Assembly: GCA_958366945.1 (NCBI GenBank)
Contig: CATXCY010000005.1
Span: 19,708 to 83,707 of the forward strand
Direction of reading: 5' to 3'
Source: an uncultured bacterium
Lineage (GTDB): Bacteria; Vulcanimicrobiota; Xenobia; Xenobiales; Xenobiaceae
DNA: 64,000 nt
Below, piece after piece: positions 1 through 9,291 of the stretch. Position 1 is the stretch's first letter. Each line of letters starts with the position of its first letter. The translations under genes and the position numbers were made by a program. The notes beneath the pieces are model-generated. The model saw nothing but the letters and a program-made list of their open reading frames with translations, did not search any database and was not told the origin of the DNA.

Positions 1-45
1 TATTTGCAATAAAAAAAAGACCGCTAACAAATAGACGGCCTTTTG

Positions 46-121
46 TGGTGCGCCGGATAGGGATCGAACCTACAGCCTTCGGCTCCGGAGACCGACGCTC
101 TATCCATTGAGCTACCAGCGC
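46..121 (-). tRNA. tRNA-Arg (anticodon CCG), 76 nt including the encoded 3' CCA
   Basis: The reverse complement reads GCGCTGGTAGCTCAATGGATAGAGCGTCGGTCTCCGGAGCCGAAGGCTGTAGGTTCGATCCCTATCCGGCGCACCA. The anticodon loop is CUCCGGA flanked by a 5 bp stem (TCGGT/GCCGA), with a GTTCGATCC T-arm and a 3' CCA. Confidence 0.85.
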
Positions 122-206
122 AAAATTTCCCAAACATTCTAACATTCAAGATTGTATAAATCAAGAAGTCTGTTTATTTGAGAAAGTCTGGGAAAAATTG
201 ACTCAA

Positions 207-1328
207 TTAACGGGTACGAACAGGCATACAAATGTAAATGAAATTCGAATCATTTTCATTTTCTTTTACAGCGATACTACTCTTGTTGTCTTGAAGTTGA
301 ACAACGATTTCTTCGCTTTCTAAAACTCTCAAAACATCTAAGATGTAATTTCCATTGAAAGCAATGTCTAATGGTTCGCCTTGATAAATAGCCCCAATTT
401 TCTCTTCAGCACTACCCACGCTATTAGTCTCAGAAGTAAGCAAAATAGAATCGTCGCTAAACGAGAATTTTATAACATCGGGAATGTCCTTATCTTTGGC
501 CATAATCATCACACGTCTGATAGTAGCCATAAAACTTTCGCGTCCCACCTTACATGTTGACTTAAAAGTTTTGGGAATTACTCTTTCATAGTCAGGAAAA
601 CTGGTATCTAAAAGTTTACAGAAAAAGCTCATATTATCTGAAGCCACAAAAATATGAGTTTTGCTGTAATGAATACTTAAATTTTGTTCTTTATCCAAAA
701 TTTTAGAAAGTTCACTTAAAGGCTTACCGGGAACGATAATTTGTTGTAATTCGTTATTGGCATTTTCGTAAGGAACGGTTAACTTAGATAATCTTTTACC
801 GTCTGTAGAAGCGAAGATTATTTCATTAGGTTTAAAAGACATAGAAACACCTAACATAGAGGGTCTAGTCTCATTAGAACTAGCTACTGCTATAGTAACT
901 TTATTTATTATAGAGCAAAACTCCTCAGCGGTCATATTTATACTGCTGCAGTTTTGAGGTTTAATACTTTTAGGAAACTCTTCGCTGGGCAAAGTCATTA
1001 CTTTGAAAGTAGAAGATTCATTGCTTACAGTAAGTTCTGAGTTTATGTTTGAATCTGTATCTAAGTTGATAAGTCCTTGAGGTAAACTATTTACTATATT
1101 AGCTATTACTTTAGCTGAGCATGTAGTGCTGCCTTCTTCTCTCAACTCTTCAATAGGTATAATGCAAGTAATCCCTATGTCTAAAGAAGAAGCTGTCAGT
1201 TTAAGTTTGTTATCATTAACTTCGAAAAGTATATGGCCAAGAATAGGTAAAGCTTGTTTGCTCGATATAGCTTTTGATACTTGATCAATTGCATTTTTTA
1301 GTAAATTTCTTTCACAACTTATGTGCAT
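207..1328 (-). CDS. dnaN: DNA polymerase III beta sliding clamp
   Basis: 373 aa with DnaN-like three-domain length and an N-terminus (LLKNAIDQVSKAISSKQALPILGHILFEV) typical of beta clamps. It lies immediately downstream of dnaA. Confidence 0.9.
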   Translation of the reverse strand: MHISCERNLLKNAIDQVSKAISSKQALPILGHILFEVNDNKLKLTASSLDIGITCIIPIEELREEGSTTCSAKVIANIVNSLPQGLINLDTDSNINSELTVSNESSTFKVMTLPSEEFPKSIKPQNCSSINMTAEEFCSIINKVTIAVASSNETRPSMLGVSMSFKPNEIIFASTDGKRLSKLTVPYENANNELQQIIVPGKPLSELSKILDKEQNLSIHYSKTHIFVASDNMSFFCKLLDTSFPDYERVIPKTFKSTCKVGRESFMATIRRVMIMAKDKDIPDVIKFSFSDDSILLTSETNSVGSAEEKIGAIYQGEPLDIAFNGNYILDVLRVLESEEIVVQLQDNKSSIAVKENENDSNFIYICMPVRTR

Positions 1329-1350
1329 TTTCTTATCTCCTTAAATATTT

Positions 1351-1366
1351 TTAAATTAGTAGTAGT
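1351..1366. repeat. (TAG)5 trinucleotide microsatellite in the dnaA-dnaN intergenic spacer
   Basis: tagtagtagtagtag is read directly, just upstream of the dnaN start on the minus strand. Confidence 0.6.
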
Positions 1367-1612
1367 AGTAGTAGGGGCTGTTAATTATGTTGATATCCAT
1401 TGCGACTTCCTTTTTGGTGGCACTTTCTTTCACTTTTTTTGTGTTGAAAAGCCATTGAAAACCGCTTTAACTTTTTCAACTTTTCCGACATTTATACTGC
1501 TTTGTTTGGCTGTGTAAAGTTGTCAAGCTGATATTAACAGGTAATGCACAGTTATTTTTATCTATTTATAAACAAATGATCAACTGTTTATTAACAGCAT
1601 GTTGATTAATAG

Positions 1613-3085
1613 TTATTTAAGTCTTTCTTTTAGGTTGTTCAGCGGAATTTTGTAAAGCTCGTCGTCCAAATTGGTTTCGACTTTTCTATAAGCATGGATT
1701 ACTGTAGTGTGATCTCGTCCGCCGAATTGAGCTCCTATTTCAGGGTAGCTAGCTCCTGGTACCATTTCTTTGCATAAGTACATGGCTAGTTGCCTGGGTT
1801 TTACGATTCTTTGATCGCGTCTGGAACTTATTAAATCTTTTTCCGAAATTTGAAAATATTCGCACACTACTTTCTTTATTTCGTTGATATCGACTTTCTT
1901 ATCTTTATTGTGATTCAAAAGTTCTTTAAGAGCTTCTTTAGCATTATCTAAAGTCAGATCTTTTTTCATAATGCTACAGTAAGTAATAACGCGTATCAAA
2001 GCTCCTTCGAGTTCACGGATGTTAGAATCGAATTCTGAAGCTATGTAGTTTAGAATGCTATCGTTGATATTTTTATCTAAACTGGCTGCCTTTTGTCTTA
2101 GGATAGCTACTCTAGTATCGAGATCCGGAGGCTGAATATCAGCGATCATGCCCCATTCAAAACGACTGCGCAATCTGCTCATGACTGTGTTCATCTGTTT
2201 TGGAGGACAATCGCTAGAAATAACTATTTGCCTATTAGAGCGTTTCAGAGCATCTATGGTTTGGAATAATTCTTCTTGAGTACCAGGTTTGCCGATAATG
2301 AAATGTATATCGTCTATTAAAAGAACGTCTACATTACGAAACTTATCGCGAAAACGCTGATTAGTTCCTGAAGCTAGAGATTCCATAAATTCATTAGTAA
2401 ATTGCTCTGCTGATGTATAGAGTACTTTTAAATTAGGGTTGGTTTTTACTATGCTGTTGCCAATGGCGTTAATTAAGTGAGTTTTTCCTAATCCTACGCC
2501 GGAATAGAAGAACAAAGGATTATAAATAACGCCTGGTGACTGAGCTACAGCTTTAGCTGTGGCAGCTGCTATGCTGTTATTGGAACTAGTAACGAAGTTT
2601 TCAAACAGCAAATTTTCCTGAAGATTGCTGTTCCATTCCGTTTTTTTGCTATCTTTTATAGAAGCCGAAACTTGAATTTCCGCTTTTGGTTCGGACTTTA
2701 TTTGGCTTTTTATTTCCTTACTAGTTTCTTTCCTTTTGATTACGGGAGGTAGCTCTGCAATGTCGTTCTTTTTCTCTTCTGCGTTTTCTTTGGGAAGATT
2801 TGGCTTGCTATCATCATTAGTTTCTACTTGACCTATAACAAATTCTATTTTTATAGATTCGCTATTAAAGCAAGCTTTTAGAGAAGCTAATATACGTTCA
2901 AGTCTATCTGCTTTTTTCAGAAAATCTCTCATAAACTTATTGGGAGTAACTATTGTTAAGGTATCTCCGTTTAAGTCTTTGGGAGAACATTGCTCTAAGA
3001 AGGTATTTAAAGGGCTTTCCGTTTCGGATAAAAATTCGCGCCATAAAATACTTAGGCACTCAGCCGAAACAGCTTGATTAGCCAT
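1613..3085 (-). CDS. dnaA: chromosomal replication initiator DnaA
   Basis: 490 aa. It has an AAA+ Walker A (GVGLGKTHL), Walker B (LLIDDIHF) and the C-terminal DNA-binding domain IV (RDHTTVIHAYRKV). A long K/E-rich low-complexity linker sits between domains I and III. Confidence 0.95.
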   Translation of the reverse strand: MANQAVSAECLSILWREFLSETESPLNTFLEQCSPKDLNGDTLTIVTPNKFMRDFLKKADRLERILASLKACFNSESIKIEFVIGQVETNDDSKPNLPKENAEEKKNDIAELPPVIKRKETSKEIKSQIKSEPKAEIQVSASIKDSKKTEWNSNLQENLLFENFVTSSNNSIAAATAKAVAQSPGVIYNPLFFYSGVGLGKTHLINAIGNSIVKTNPNLKVLYTSAEQFTNEFMESLASGTNQRFRDKFRNVDVLLIDDIHFIIGKPGTQEELFQTIDALKRSNRQIVISSDCPPKQMNTVMSRLRSRFEWGMIADIQPPDLDTRVAILRQKAASLDKNINDSILNYIASEFDSNIRELEGALIRVITYCSIMKKDLTLDNAKEALKELLNHNKDKKVDINEIKKVVCEYFQISEKDLISSRRDQRIVKPRQLAMYLCKEMVPGASYPEIGAQFGGRDHTTVIHAYRKVETNLDDELYKIPLNNLKERLK

Positions 3086-3869
3086 ACTTATCCTCCGTTG
3101 AAAGTTCAGTCAAGAAAATATGTTTCTTGTTTTAATAAAAAAAACATTGATTTTACTTGGTCTGAGTTTTTATTTCGCAAATATAGTGAAATCGGCCGTT
3201 TGTTTTTAGGCAAATAACGGGCTGTTTTTCTTAGCTGCTTTCTCTCTTCCTTTAGAAAAAAAACAATTTTAATGAACTGTTTTATAGATATTTTATTAAC
3301 ATTTCCACAAATTAACTTATTAAACTGTGGATAACTAATAAAAAATCTGTATTTTCAGAATTTATTGCATATAACAACATGTTTATAACAACAAAATTAT
3401 CAACATTATCAACAAGTTATTAACAAAACAAGTCAGACGTTTGTTAGGTTATCCACAGAGTTGCATAATTTTTTACACAATTTGCCACATATTCTTTATA
3501 TAAAAATAACGTCTAATAAAATTATGCACAGTTACTTTCACAAAAATAGTGTTTTTATCTTATATTTAGCAGTTATATAGCGTTTTTGTCTTATTTTATA
3601 TAGTAAAATGTTCTGTTGATAACCTGTGTATATGTTAATTAAAATCACTATTTGGCCCACTTTCTATGCATATAGATTTGTTTGACAAACTTGCAAATGA
3701 GCATTATACTGCTATAGCTCTAGTATTAGGGTTTTTTTAGTGTTCTCTGAAGGCTTGAAAATACAGCAGAGTCACTTTGAAACAGCCGCCGGCGCAGTTG
3801 TCGTGTTTTTGTTAGTTCGGCACAAGGGACGCTTGGAGCGGCTCTGAGTTTTTTGGAGGAATTAAAACA
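3086..3869. promoter_or_regulatory. oriC: AT-rich replication origin between dnaA and rpmH with DnaA boxes
   Basis: Perfect DnaA boxes TGTGGATAA (3326-3334) and TTATCCACA (3449-3457). Tandem TTATCAACA at 3398-3406 and 3407-3415, each one mismatch from consensus. TTTCCACA at 3302-3309. The non-coding stretch is very AT-rich, about 780 bp, in the classical dnaA/rpmH position. Confidence 0.8.
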
Positions 3870-4004
3870 ATGAAGCGCACTTTTCAGCCCCACCGCAAAT
3901 ACAGAAAGGTAAAGCACGGATTTTTCGCTAGAATGGCCTCTTCTTCCGGTCGTAACGTTTTAGCTCGTCGTCGTGCCAAAGGCCGCAAGCGTATCTGCGC
4001 CTAA
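3870..4004 (+). CDS. rpmH: 50S ribosomal protein L34
   Basis: A 44-aa ORF ([44 protein letters not shown]). It is too short for the ORF track. The RBS GGAGG lies upstream. Confidence 0.95.
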   Translation: MKRTFQPHRKYRKVKHGFFARMASSSGRNVLARRRAKGRKRICA

Positions 4005-4011
4005 TTAAGGA

Positions 4012-4380
4012 ATGATAACTTTAACCAGGTCGAAAGATTTTGATCGTATTTTTCGGCATGGAAGTTCTGTAAGTTCCTCAGAAGTAGTTATTTACGCGCT
4101 TAAGCGTTCTAAAGGCAAGTTTTCCCAGCCGCGGGCTGCTTTTTGTGTGAGTAAAAAGTTCGGCAAAGCGGTGGCGCGCAACCGGGTTAAAAGGCGCCTT
4201 AGGGAAGTCTACCGTTTGAACGAAGGAAAGCTGGATACTCAATGGGATGTGATTCTTTTAGCCCGTCAGGGAGCTGCTGTTGTTCAGTTTGCTCAGCTGG
4301 AGAAGAAGTTCCTGAGTCTGTGCCGCAGAGCCGGGATTCTCAAGGAAGTTCCAAGGATCCCGGAAACGGCGAGCCCGTAA
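4012..4380 (+). CDS. rnpA: RNase P protein component
   Basis: 122 aa basic protein directly after rpmH. It carries the RNR motif region ([14 protein letters not shown]). Confidence 0.9.
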   Translation: MITLTRSKDFDRIFRHGSSVSSSEVVIYALKRSKGKFSQPRAAFCVSKKFGKAVARNRVKRRLREVYRLNEGKLDTQWDVILLARQGAAVVQFAQLEKKFLSLCRRAGILKEVPRIPETASP

Positions 4381-4598
4381 AAGCGAGTCTTGCCGCTCGC
4401 GGTGCCAACCTTCTTATAAAAGGGTATCAGTTTATATCTCGTTACACTCCCGCTGTATGTCGGTTTCGTCCCACTTGTTCCGAATATACACGTCAAGCTA
4501 TTCTTAAATACGGATTTTGGCGTGGCGGTCTCATGGGAGCTTGGAGAATACTGAGATGTAACCCTTTTAATCGCGGCGGTTACGATCCGGTACCTTAA
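4318..4598 (+). CDS. yidD: membrane protein insertion efficiency factor YidD; start uncertain
   Basis: The C-terminal region ([55 protein letters not shown]) matches the YidD cysteine motif. The frame overlaps the 3' end of rnpA. There is no ATG in frame, so a GTG at 4318 is proposed. Confidence 0.6.
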
Positions 4599-4624
4599 AT
4601 ATCGACTGCGAGAGTATTTAATCG

Positions 4625-5350
4625 ATGATTGATTCCATTGCTAATTTGATGCTTGTTTTGTTGCGAGGCATCGAGAGCGTCACAGGCTCCTACGGATTAG
4701 CTATTGTCATTTTTGCTGTTATTGTCAGACTTGCTCTTTATCTTCCGACTAAACAACAGTTTCAGTCTATGAAAGAAATGCAAGAAATTCAGCCTGAATT
4801 GCAAAAGTTGCAAGAGCGCTACAAAGATGATCAAGATATGCTACAGCAGAAGCAAATGGAATTCATGCGCAATCATAATGTAAATCCTTTAGCCGGATGT
4901 CTTCCTATGCTGGTTCAGATGCCGATTTTGTTTGCCATCTGGAGAGCCATTATGATGGAGCAGCGTATCTTTGAAAATGCCTACTTCATGTGGATTTATC
5001 CCGGATCTTTGCAGAATTTATTCCCTGATTATTTAGCTTCTAGTTTAGCCGGTCGCGATCTCCCCATGATCCTTTTTTATGGTCTGACCATGTACCTGTC
5101 TATGCGACTTACCCCCAATTCTAATGCCCAAGCGGCTGGTCAGCAGAAGCAAATGGCCGTCATTATGACGATTATGTTCTCATGGATGATGTGGGCTTAC
5201 AGATGGCCTTGCGCTTTGATTATGTATTGGAGCGTGTTCTCACTTTTAGGTATAGTCCAGCAGGCGGCAATTATGAGATCGTCTCTATCTGGAAAAACTG
5301 CAGTAGCTGCCGAAGGTGCAAGCAAAGAATCAGTTAAAGGCGGCAATTAG
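4625..5350 (+). CDS. yidC: short-form YidC/Oxa1 membrane protein insertase
   Basis: 241 aa polytopic membrane protein in the conserved rnpA-yidD-yidC-jag position. It shows a hydrophobic TM1, a coiled-coil region and the conserved WPCALIMYW segment. Confidence 0.85.
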   Translation: MIDSIANLMLVLLRGIESVTGSYGLAIVIFAVIVRLALYLPTKQQFQSMKEMQEIQPELQKLQERYKDDQDMLQQKQMEFMRNHNVNPLAGCLPMLVQMPILFAIWRAIMMEQRIFENAYFMWIYPGSLQNLFPDYLASSLAGRDLPMILFYGLTMYLSMRLTPNSNAQAAGQQKQMAVIMTIMFSWMMWAYRWPCALIMYWSVFSLLGIVQQAAIMRSSLSGKTAVAAEGASKESVKGGN

Positions 5351-5380
5351 TAAAAGGTTCTGTTTTGGGAGGTTTAGCTG

Positions 5381-5890
5381 ATGGCATACGATAAAGACTA
5401 CGAAGAAAACAACTTAGAAGTTGCTGATGAATTTGACGAAGATGATGATCCTATAGCCGATATTCTCTATGAAATCGTCACTCGTATGGGATTTGAAGAT
5501 GTAGATATTGAGTGGGAAGAGCGCAGCGATCACACCAGATATTTCGTGGAAGGCGAAGGTTTGGGCGTTCTGATCGGTCGCCACGGAGCAACTTTGGAAG
5601 CTTTGCAATATCTCATCGGAGTTATTAACTCTCGCCAAGATTTAGTAGAGCACAAAATTATTATAGATATTGAAGGCTACCGCGAGCGTCGTGAATGCAG
5701 CTTGCGTGCTCAGGCTCACGAAGAGGCTTTGATAGCTGTTCGTGAAGGACAAGAGATTGTACTTGAGCCTATGCCCGCTTGTGATAGACGCATTATCCAT
5801 GTTTGTTTGCACAGTGACCCTACTGTAGAAACTTACTCGGAAGGTGTAGAGCCTGAGCGTTGTGTGGTAATTAAGCCTTTGATTCGATAA
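5381..5890 (+). CDS. jag: Jag/KhpB-like RNA-binding protein with KH and R3H domains
   Basis: 169 aa. It has a GxxG KH-like loop (VLIGRHGATLEALQYL) and a C-terminal R3H-like segment. Its position after yidC is conserved. Confidence 0.8.
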   Translation: MAYDKDYEENNLEVADEFDEDDDPIADILYEIVTRMGFEDVDIEWEERSDHTRYFVEGEGLGVLIGRHGATLEALQYLIGVINSRQDLVEHKIIIDIEGYRERRECSLRAQAHEEALIAVREGQEIVLEPMPACDRRIIHVCLHSDPTVETYSEGVEPERCVVIKPLIR

Positions 5891-5903
5891 AGGTTTACAA
5901 TTA

Positions 5904-7298
5904 GTGAATTATTCACCTTTAGATACAATTGTAGCAACGGCCACTCCTCCAGGTCTGGGAGGGGTGGCCATTGTGCGTATTAGTGGTTCTGAAGCTTTGT
6001 CTATACTTAAAATGGCTGTTAAAAATGGTCAGCAAAAAGTTTGGCAAGCTAGGCGTATGTATTATTGTGAAATAATAGATGAATATGGCCAAACAATAGA
6101 CAAAGCTTTAGCTGTATATATGCCTTCTCCTCACTCTTACACTGGTGAAGATGTAACAGAAATTCACTGTCACGGTGGCAGTGTTTTGGCTAGTGTAATT
6201 GTAGATATATGCTTACATTACGGAGCCCGTTTAGCTCAGCCGGGAGAATTTACTTATAGAGCTTTTATGGCCGGCAAATTAGATTTGGCTGAGGCTGAAT
6301 CTGTTTTGAGCTTAATTGAAGCTAAGTCTAAGAGCGCGGTAGTTTTGGCTGCTAACAACTTAAATGGAGCTTTTTCCGAATCTTTGGATAAGCTTCGAAG
6401 TGATATTTTGGATTTAATAGCTCAATATGAAGCTGAAATTGATTACGGTGACGAAATAGCCGCTTCTGATGTGTCACTAATTAAAGACAAATGTCAGACA
6501 TTTCTTAAATTTACTGATTCTTTGCTTTGTAGAGCCAATGAAGGACGTGCTTTAGCTGAAGGTCTGGAAACCGTTTTAGTAGGTCCTCCTAATGCCGGCA
6601 AGTCTACGCTGTGGAATGCTCTTATTGGACAAGATAAAGCTTTGGTGACTCCTTATCCTGGCACTACTAGAGATCAGCTTGAAGATTACGTCTACGTTGA
6701 CGGAGTGATGCTTCACTTGATAGACACGGCTGGAATGCATGAAGCTCAAGATCCTGTAGAACAGCTGGGCATAAAAAAGACTGAAGCGGCTTTAGAAAAA
6801 GCAGAATTAGCTGTCATCGTTCTTGATTGTAGCATTGACATAGAGTCTGACTTCAAAAAGATTATGTCAGACATATCAGAACGAGCCACGAAAAACGATG
6901 ATTTCAAGGTTTTGGTGGTTTTGAATAAGTGTGACTGTGGTATAAAATTGACGCCTAAGTCTGTCACTGAAACTTTTGGCTTCAAACATATTTGCCAAGC
7001 TAGTCTAAAATTTTCTGATGGCTTAGAAGATGTTAAAAAAAATATCGCTCAATTATGTTGTCCTCTTTTAAGTTCGGATAAAGCTGCTTTAAGTGTGAAT
7101 CAACGTCAACGTCAGGCCCTGACAAAAGTCAGAGAGGCTTTGTTGAGTCTAAATTCAGGCGTTGAGTCGAATGTGCCATGCGATTGTTTGCTTTTAGATT
7201 TGCACAATTGTCTGACAGCTTTGAATGAGTTGACAGGACATGATGTCAGTGAAGATATTTTAGATAGAGTTTTTTCTAAGTTTTGTTTGGGCAAGTAA
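5904..7298 (+). CDS. mnmE: tRNA modification GTPase MnmE (TrmE)
   Basis: 464 aa with a GTG start. The G-domain motifs GPPNAGKSTL and DTAG are present. The C-terminus ends in CLGK, which resembles the CxGK tail of TrmE. Confidence 0.9.
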   Translation: MNYSPLDTIVATATPPGLGGVAIVRISGSEALSILKMAVKNGQQKVWQARRMYYCEIIDEYGQTIDKALAVYMPSPHSYTGEDVTEIHCHGGSVLASVIVDICLHYGARLAQPGEFTYRAFMAGKLDLAEAESVLSLIEAKSKSAVVLAANNLNGAFSESLDKLRSDILDLIAQYEAEIDYGDEIAASDVSLIKDKCQTFLKFTDSLLCRANEGRALAEGLETVLVGPPNAGKSTLWNALIGQDKALVTPYPGTTRDQLEDYVYVDGVMLHLIDTAGMHEAQDPVEQLGIKKTEAALEKAELAVIVLDCSIDIESDFKKIMSDISERATKNDDFKVLVVLNKCDCGIKLTPKSVTETFGFKHICQASLKFSDGLEDVKKNIAQLCCPLLSSDKAALSVNQRQRQALTKVREALLSLNSGVESNVPCDCLLLDLHNCLTALNELTGHDVSEDILDRVFSKFCLGK

Positions 7299-7340
7299 TA
7301 CTTAGGCTTTGCTTTTTCTAAGGGAGATTTTTTTAATTAT

Positions 7341-9206
7341 ATGCAAAAATTTGATATAGCTGTTATTGGCGGTGGCCATGCCGGAGTTGAAGCGGCTTTG
7401 GTTTGTAGTCGTCTAGGCTGCAGAACGGCCGTAATTACTTCCAATCCTCTCAAGATAGGTGTTATGCCTTGTAATCCTTCTATAGGTGGTCCGGCTAAAT
7501 CCCATTTAGTACGAGAAATAGATGCTATGGGCGGAGAGATGGGCCGAGCTATAGATGATGTGTTTATTCACATAAGGCGTCTTAATACTGGCAAAGGTCA
7601 AGCTGTTCAAGCTTTAAGGGCCCAAGCTGATAGACCGCTTTATAATCAGCGCATGGTTAAAGCGGTTCATGAGGCTGACAATGTGACAGTAATTGCTGAC
7701 ACTGTTGTTAGTATTGTGTCAGACGATAATGTTATAAAAGGTTTGGTAACTGCTTCCGGTCTCAATATTGAATGTGGCGCTATAGTAATATGTACCGGTA
7801 CCTTTTTAGCTGGTGCTTTGCATTTAGACAAGTTTACTTTGCCTGGTGGCCGGGCTGGTGAAGCTCCTGCTTTTGGTTTGAGTCACTCTTTACGTAGTTT
7901 AGGATTACAGCTGGGACGTTTGAAAACGGGCACTTGTCCACGACTCCATCGTGACACTGTCAATATTGATGGTCTTGATATTTTGCCTTGCAAGTCAGAA
8001 CCTCTGAAATTTTCTGACATGTCACCAGACCCAGATTTCACTAAACCTACTGTCAATTGTTATATAACTCGCACTACGGAAGAAACCCGCCGGGCAGTTA
8101 TGAACAATTTGGACCGCTCCCCTCTTTACGATGGCTCTGGAGCTATTACCGGCATAGGCCCTCGTTATTGCCCTTCATTAGAAGATAAGTTTGTCCGTTT
8201 TCCTGATCGTAAAGTCCATTTAGTATTTCTAGAGCCGGAAGGTATAAATGCCAAAGAGATATATTTGCAAGGCGTTTCTACTAGTATGCCCTTAGATGTT
8301 CAGTATGCTATGGTACATAGTTTGCCTGGCTTAGAAAAAGCGGAAATTATCAGACCTGGGTATGCAGTGGAATATGACTATGTCTTGCCGACGCAACTTG
8401 ACTTTTCTTTAGGTGTCAGACATATCAAAGGATTGTATTTAGCTGGTCAAATAAATGGCACTTCTGGATATGAAGAAGCTGCCGCCCAGGGACTTATCGC
8501 CGGTCTCAATGCTGCCAGATATCTCGATAATCAAGAGCCGTTTATTGTGCGCCGCGATCAAGGCTACATAGGTGTGCTTATAGATGATCTCGTTTGCCGC
8601 GGCACTAAAGAGCCCTATCGTATGCATACTAGTCGTGCAGAATATCGTTTGCTTTTACGCGAAGATAATGCTGATGATCGCTTTACACCTCAAGCTAAAG
8701 AGATGGGCATTATTAGTGACAAACGTTGGGAAAAATATCTGTCGTTTAAATGTCAGGCTCAACAAGAGATTGAAAGATTGCGACATAAACATTTAAATTT
8801 AGATTTAGCTACTAAGTTAAGTCAAGCTTGTGGCAGTAAAATTGAGCCAGGTCCAGCTTTGTCAGAACTATTACATCGTCAGGATGTGTCTTTGTCAGTA
8901 ATACGTCAGTGTGAAGGCCTTGAGCCTTTTGAATTGCGTTTAAGCGAAAAAATTGAAGCGGCTATTCGCTATGAAGGTTATATAGAAAGACAACAGCGTG
9001 AAGTCAATCGTATGGCTAAGTTGGAAAATGTCAGACTTAGTCAAGATATGAACTACGCAAATGTTATTGGTATGTCAGCTGAAGCTGTAGAGAAATTGAC
9101 TAGGACTAAACCCTATAATATAGGGCAAGCCTCAAGAATTTCAGGAATTTCACCTTCAGACATAAATGCTCTCATGATCCATTTACGTAAAGTTATATCT
9201 AATTGA
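7341..9206 (+). CDS. mnmG: tRNA uridine 5-carboxymethylaminomethyl modification enzyme MnmG (GidA)
   Basis: 621 aa. The N-terminal FAD-binding motif is FDIAVIGGGHAGVEAA. It follows mnmE. Confidence 0.95.
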   Translation: MQKFDIAVIGGGHAGVEAALVCSRLGCRTAVITSNPLKIGVMPCNPSIGGPAKSHLVREIDAMGGEMGRAIDDVFIHIRRLNTGKGQAVQALRAQADRPLYNQRMVKAVHEADNVTVIADTVVSIVSDDNVIKGLVTASGLNIECGAIVICTGTFLAGALHLDKFTLPGGRAGEAPAFGLSHSLRSLGLQLGRLKTGTCPRLHRDTVNIDGLDILPCKSEPLKFSDMSPDPDFTKPTVNCYITRTTEETRRAVMNNLDRSPLYDGSGAITGIGPRYCPSLEDKFVRFPDRKVHLVFLEPEGINAKEIYLQGVSTSMPLDVQYAMVHSLPGLEKAEIIRPGYAVEYDYVLPTQLDFSLGVRHIKGLYLAGQINGTSGYEEAAAQGLIAGLNAARYLDNQEPFIVRRDQGYIGVLIDDLVCRGTKEPYRMHTSRAEYRLLLREDNADDRFTPQAKEMGIISDKRWEKYLSFKCQAQQEIERLRHKHLNLDLATKLSQACGSKIEPGPALSELLHRQDVSLSVIRQCEGLEPFELRLSEKIEAAIRYEGYIERQQREVNRMAKLENVRLSQDMNYANVIGMSAEAVEKLTRTKPYNIGQASRISGISPSDINALMIHLRKVISN

Positions 9207-9232
9207 TAAAAAGTGCCAGTCAGGTGTCTGAC

Positions 9233-9275
9233 AAAAAAAATCCGGCCAGATTAAAAAAGGCCGGATTTTTTTTTG
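9233..9275. terminator. bidirectional rho-independent terminator between convergent mnmG and lipoprotein genes
   Basis: A8-TCCGGCC-loop-GGCCGGA-T9: a perfect 7 bp GC stem flanked by an A-run and a T-run. Confidence 0.8.
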
Positions 9276-9291
9276 TCAGTAATCGCAGAAA

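Noticed and set aside
1323-1517. 64 aa ORF in the dnaA-dnaN intergenic region
   Set aside because: It overlaps the dnaN start and the (TAG)5 repeat, has no RBS, and its hydrophobic low-complexity translation is typical of AT-rich spacer artefacts.
3726-3917. 63 aa minus-strand ORF overlapping the rpmH start
   Set aside because: It is antisense to the highly conserved rpmH gene and its leader, with no RBS. It is an artefact.
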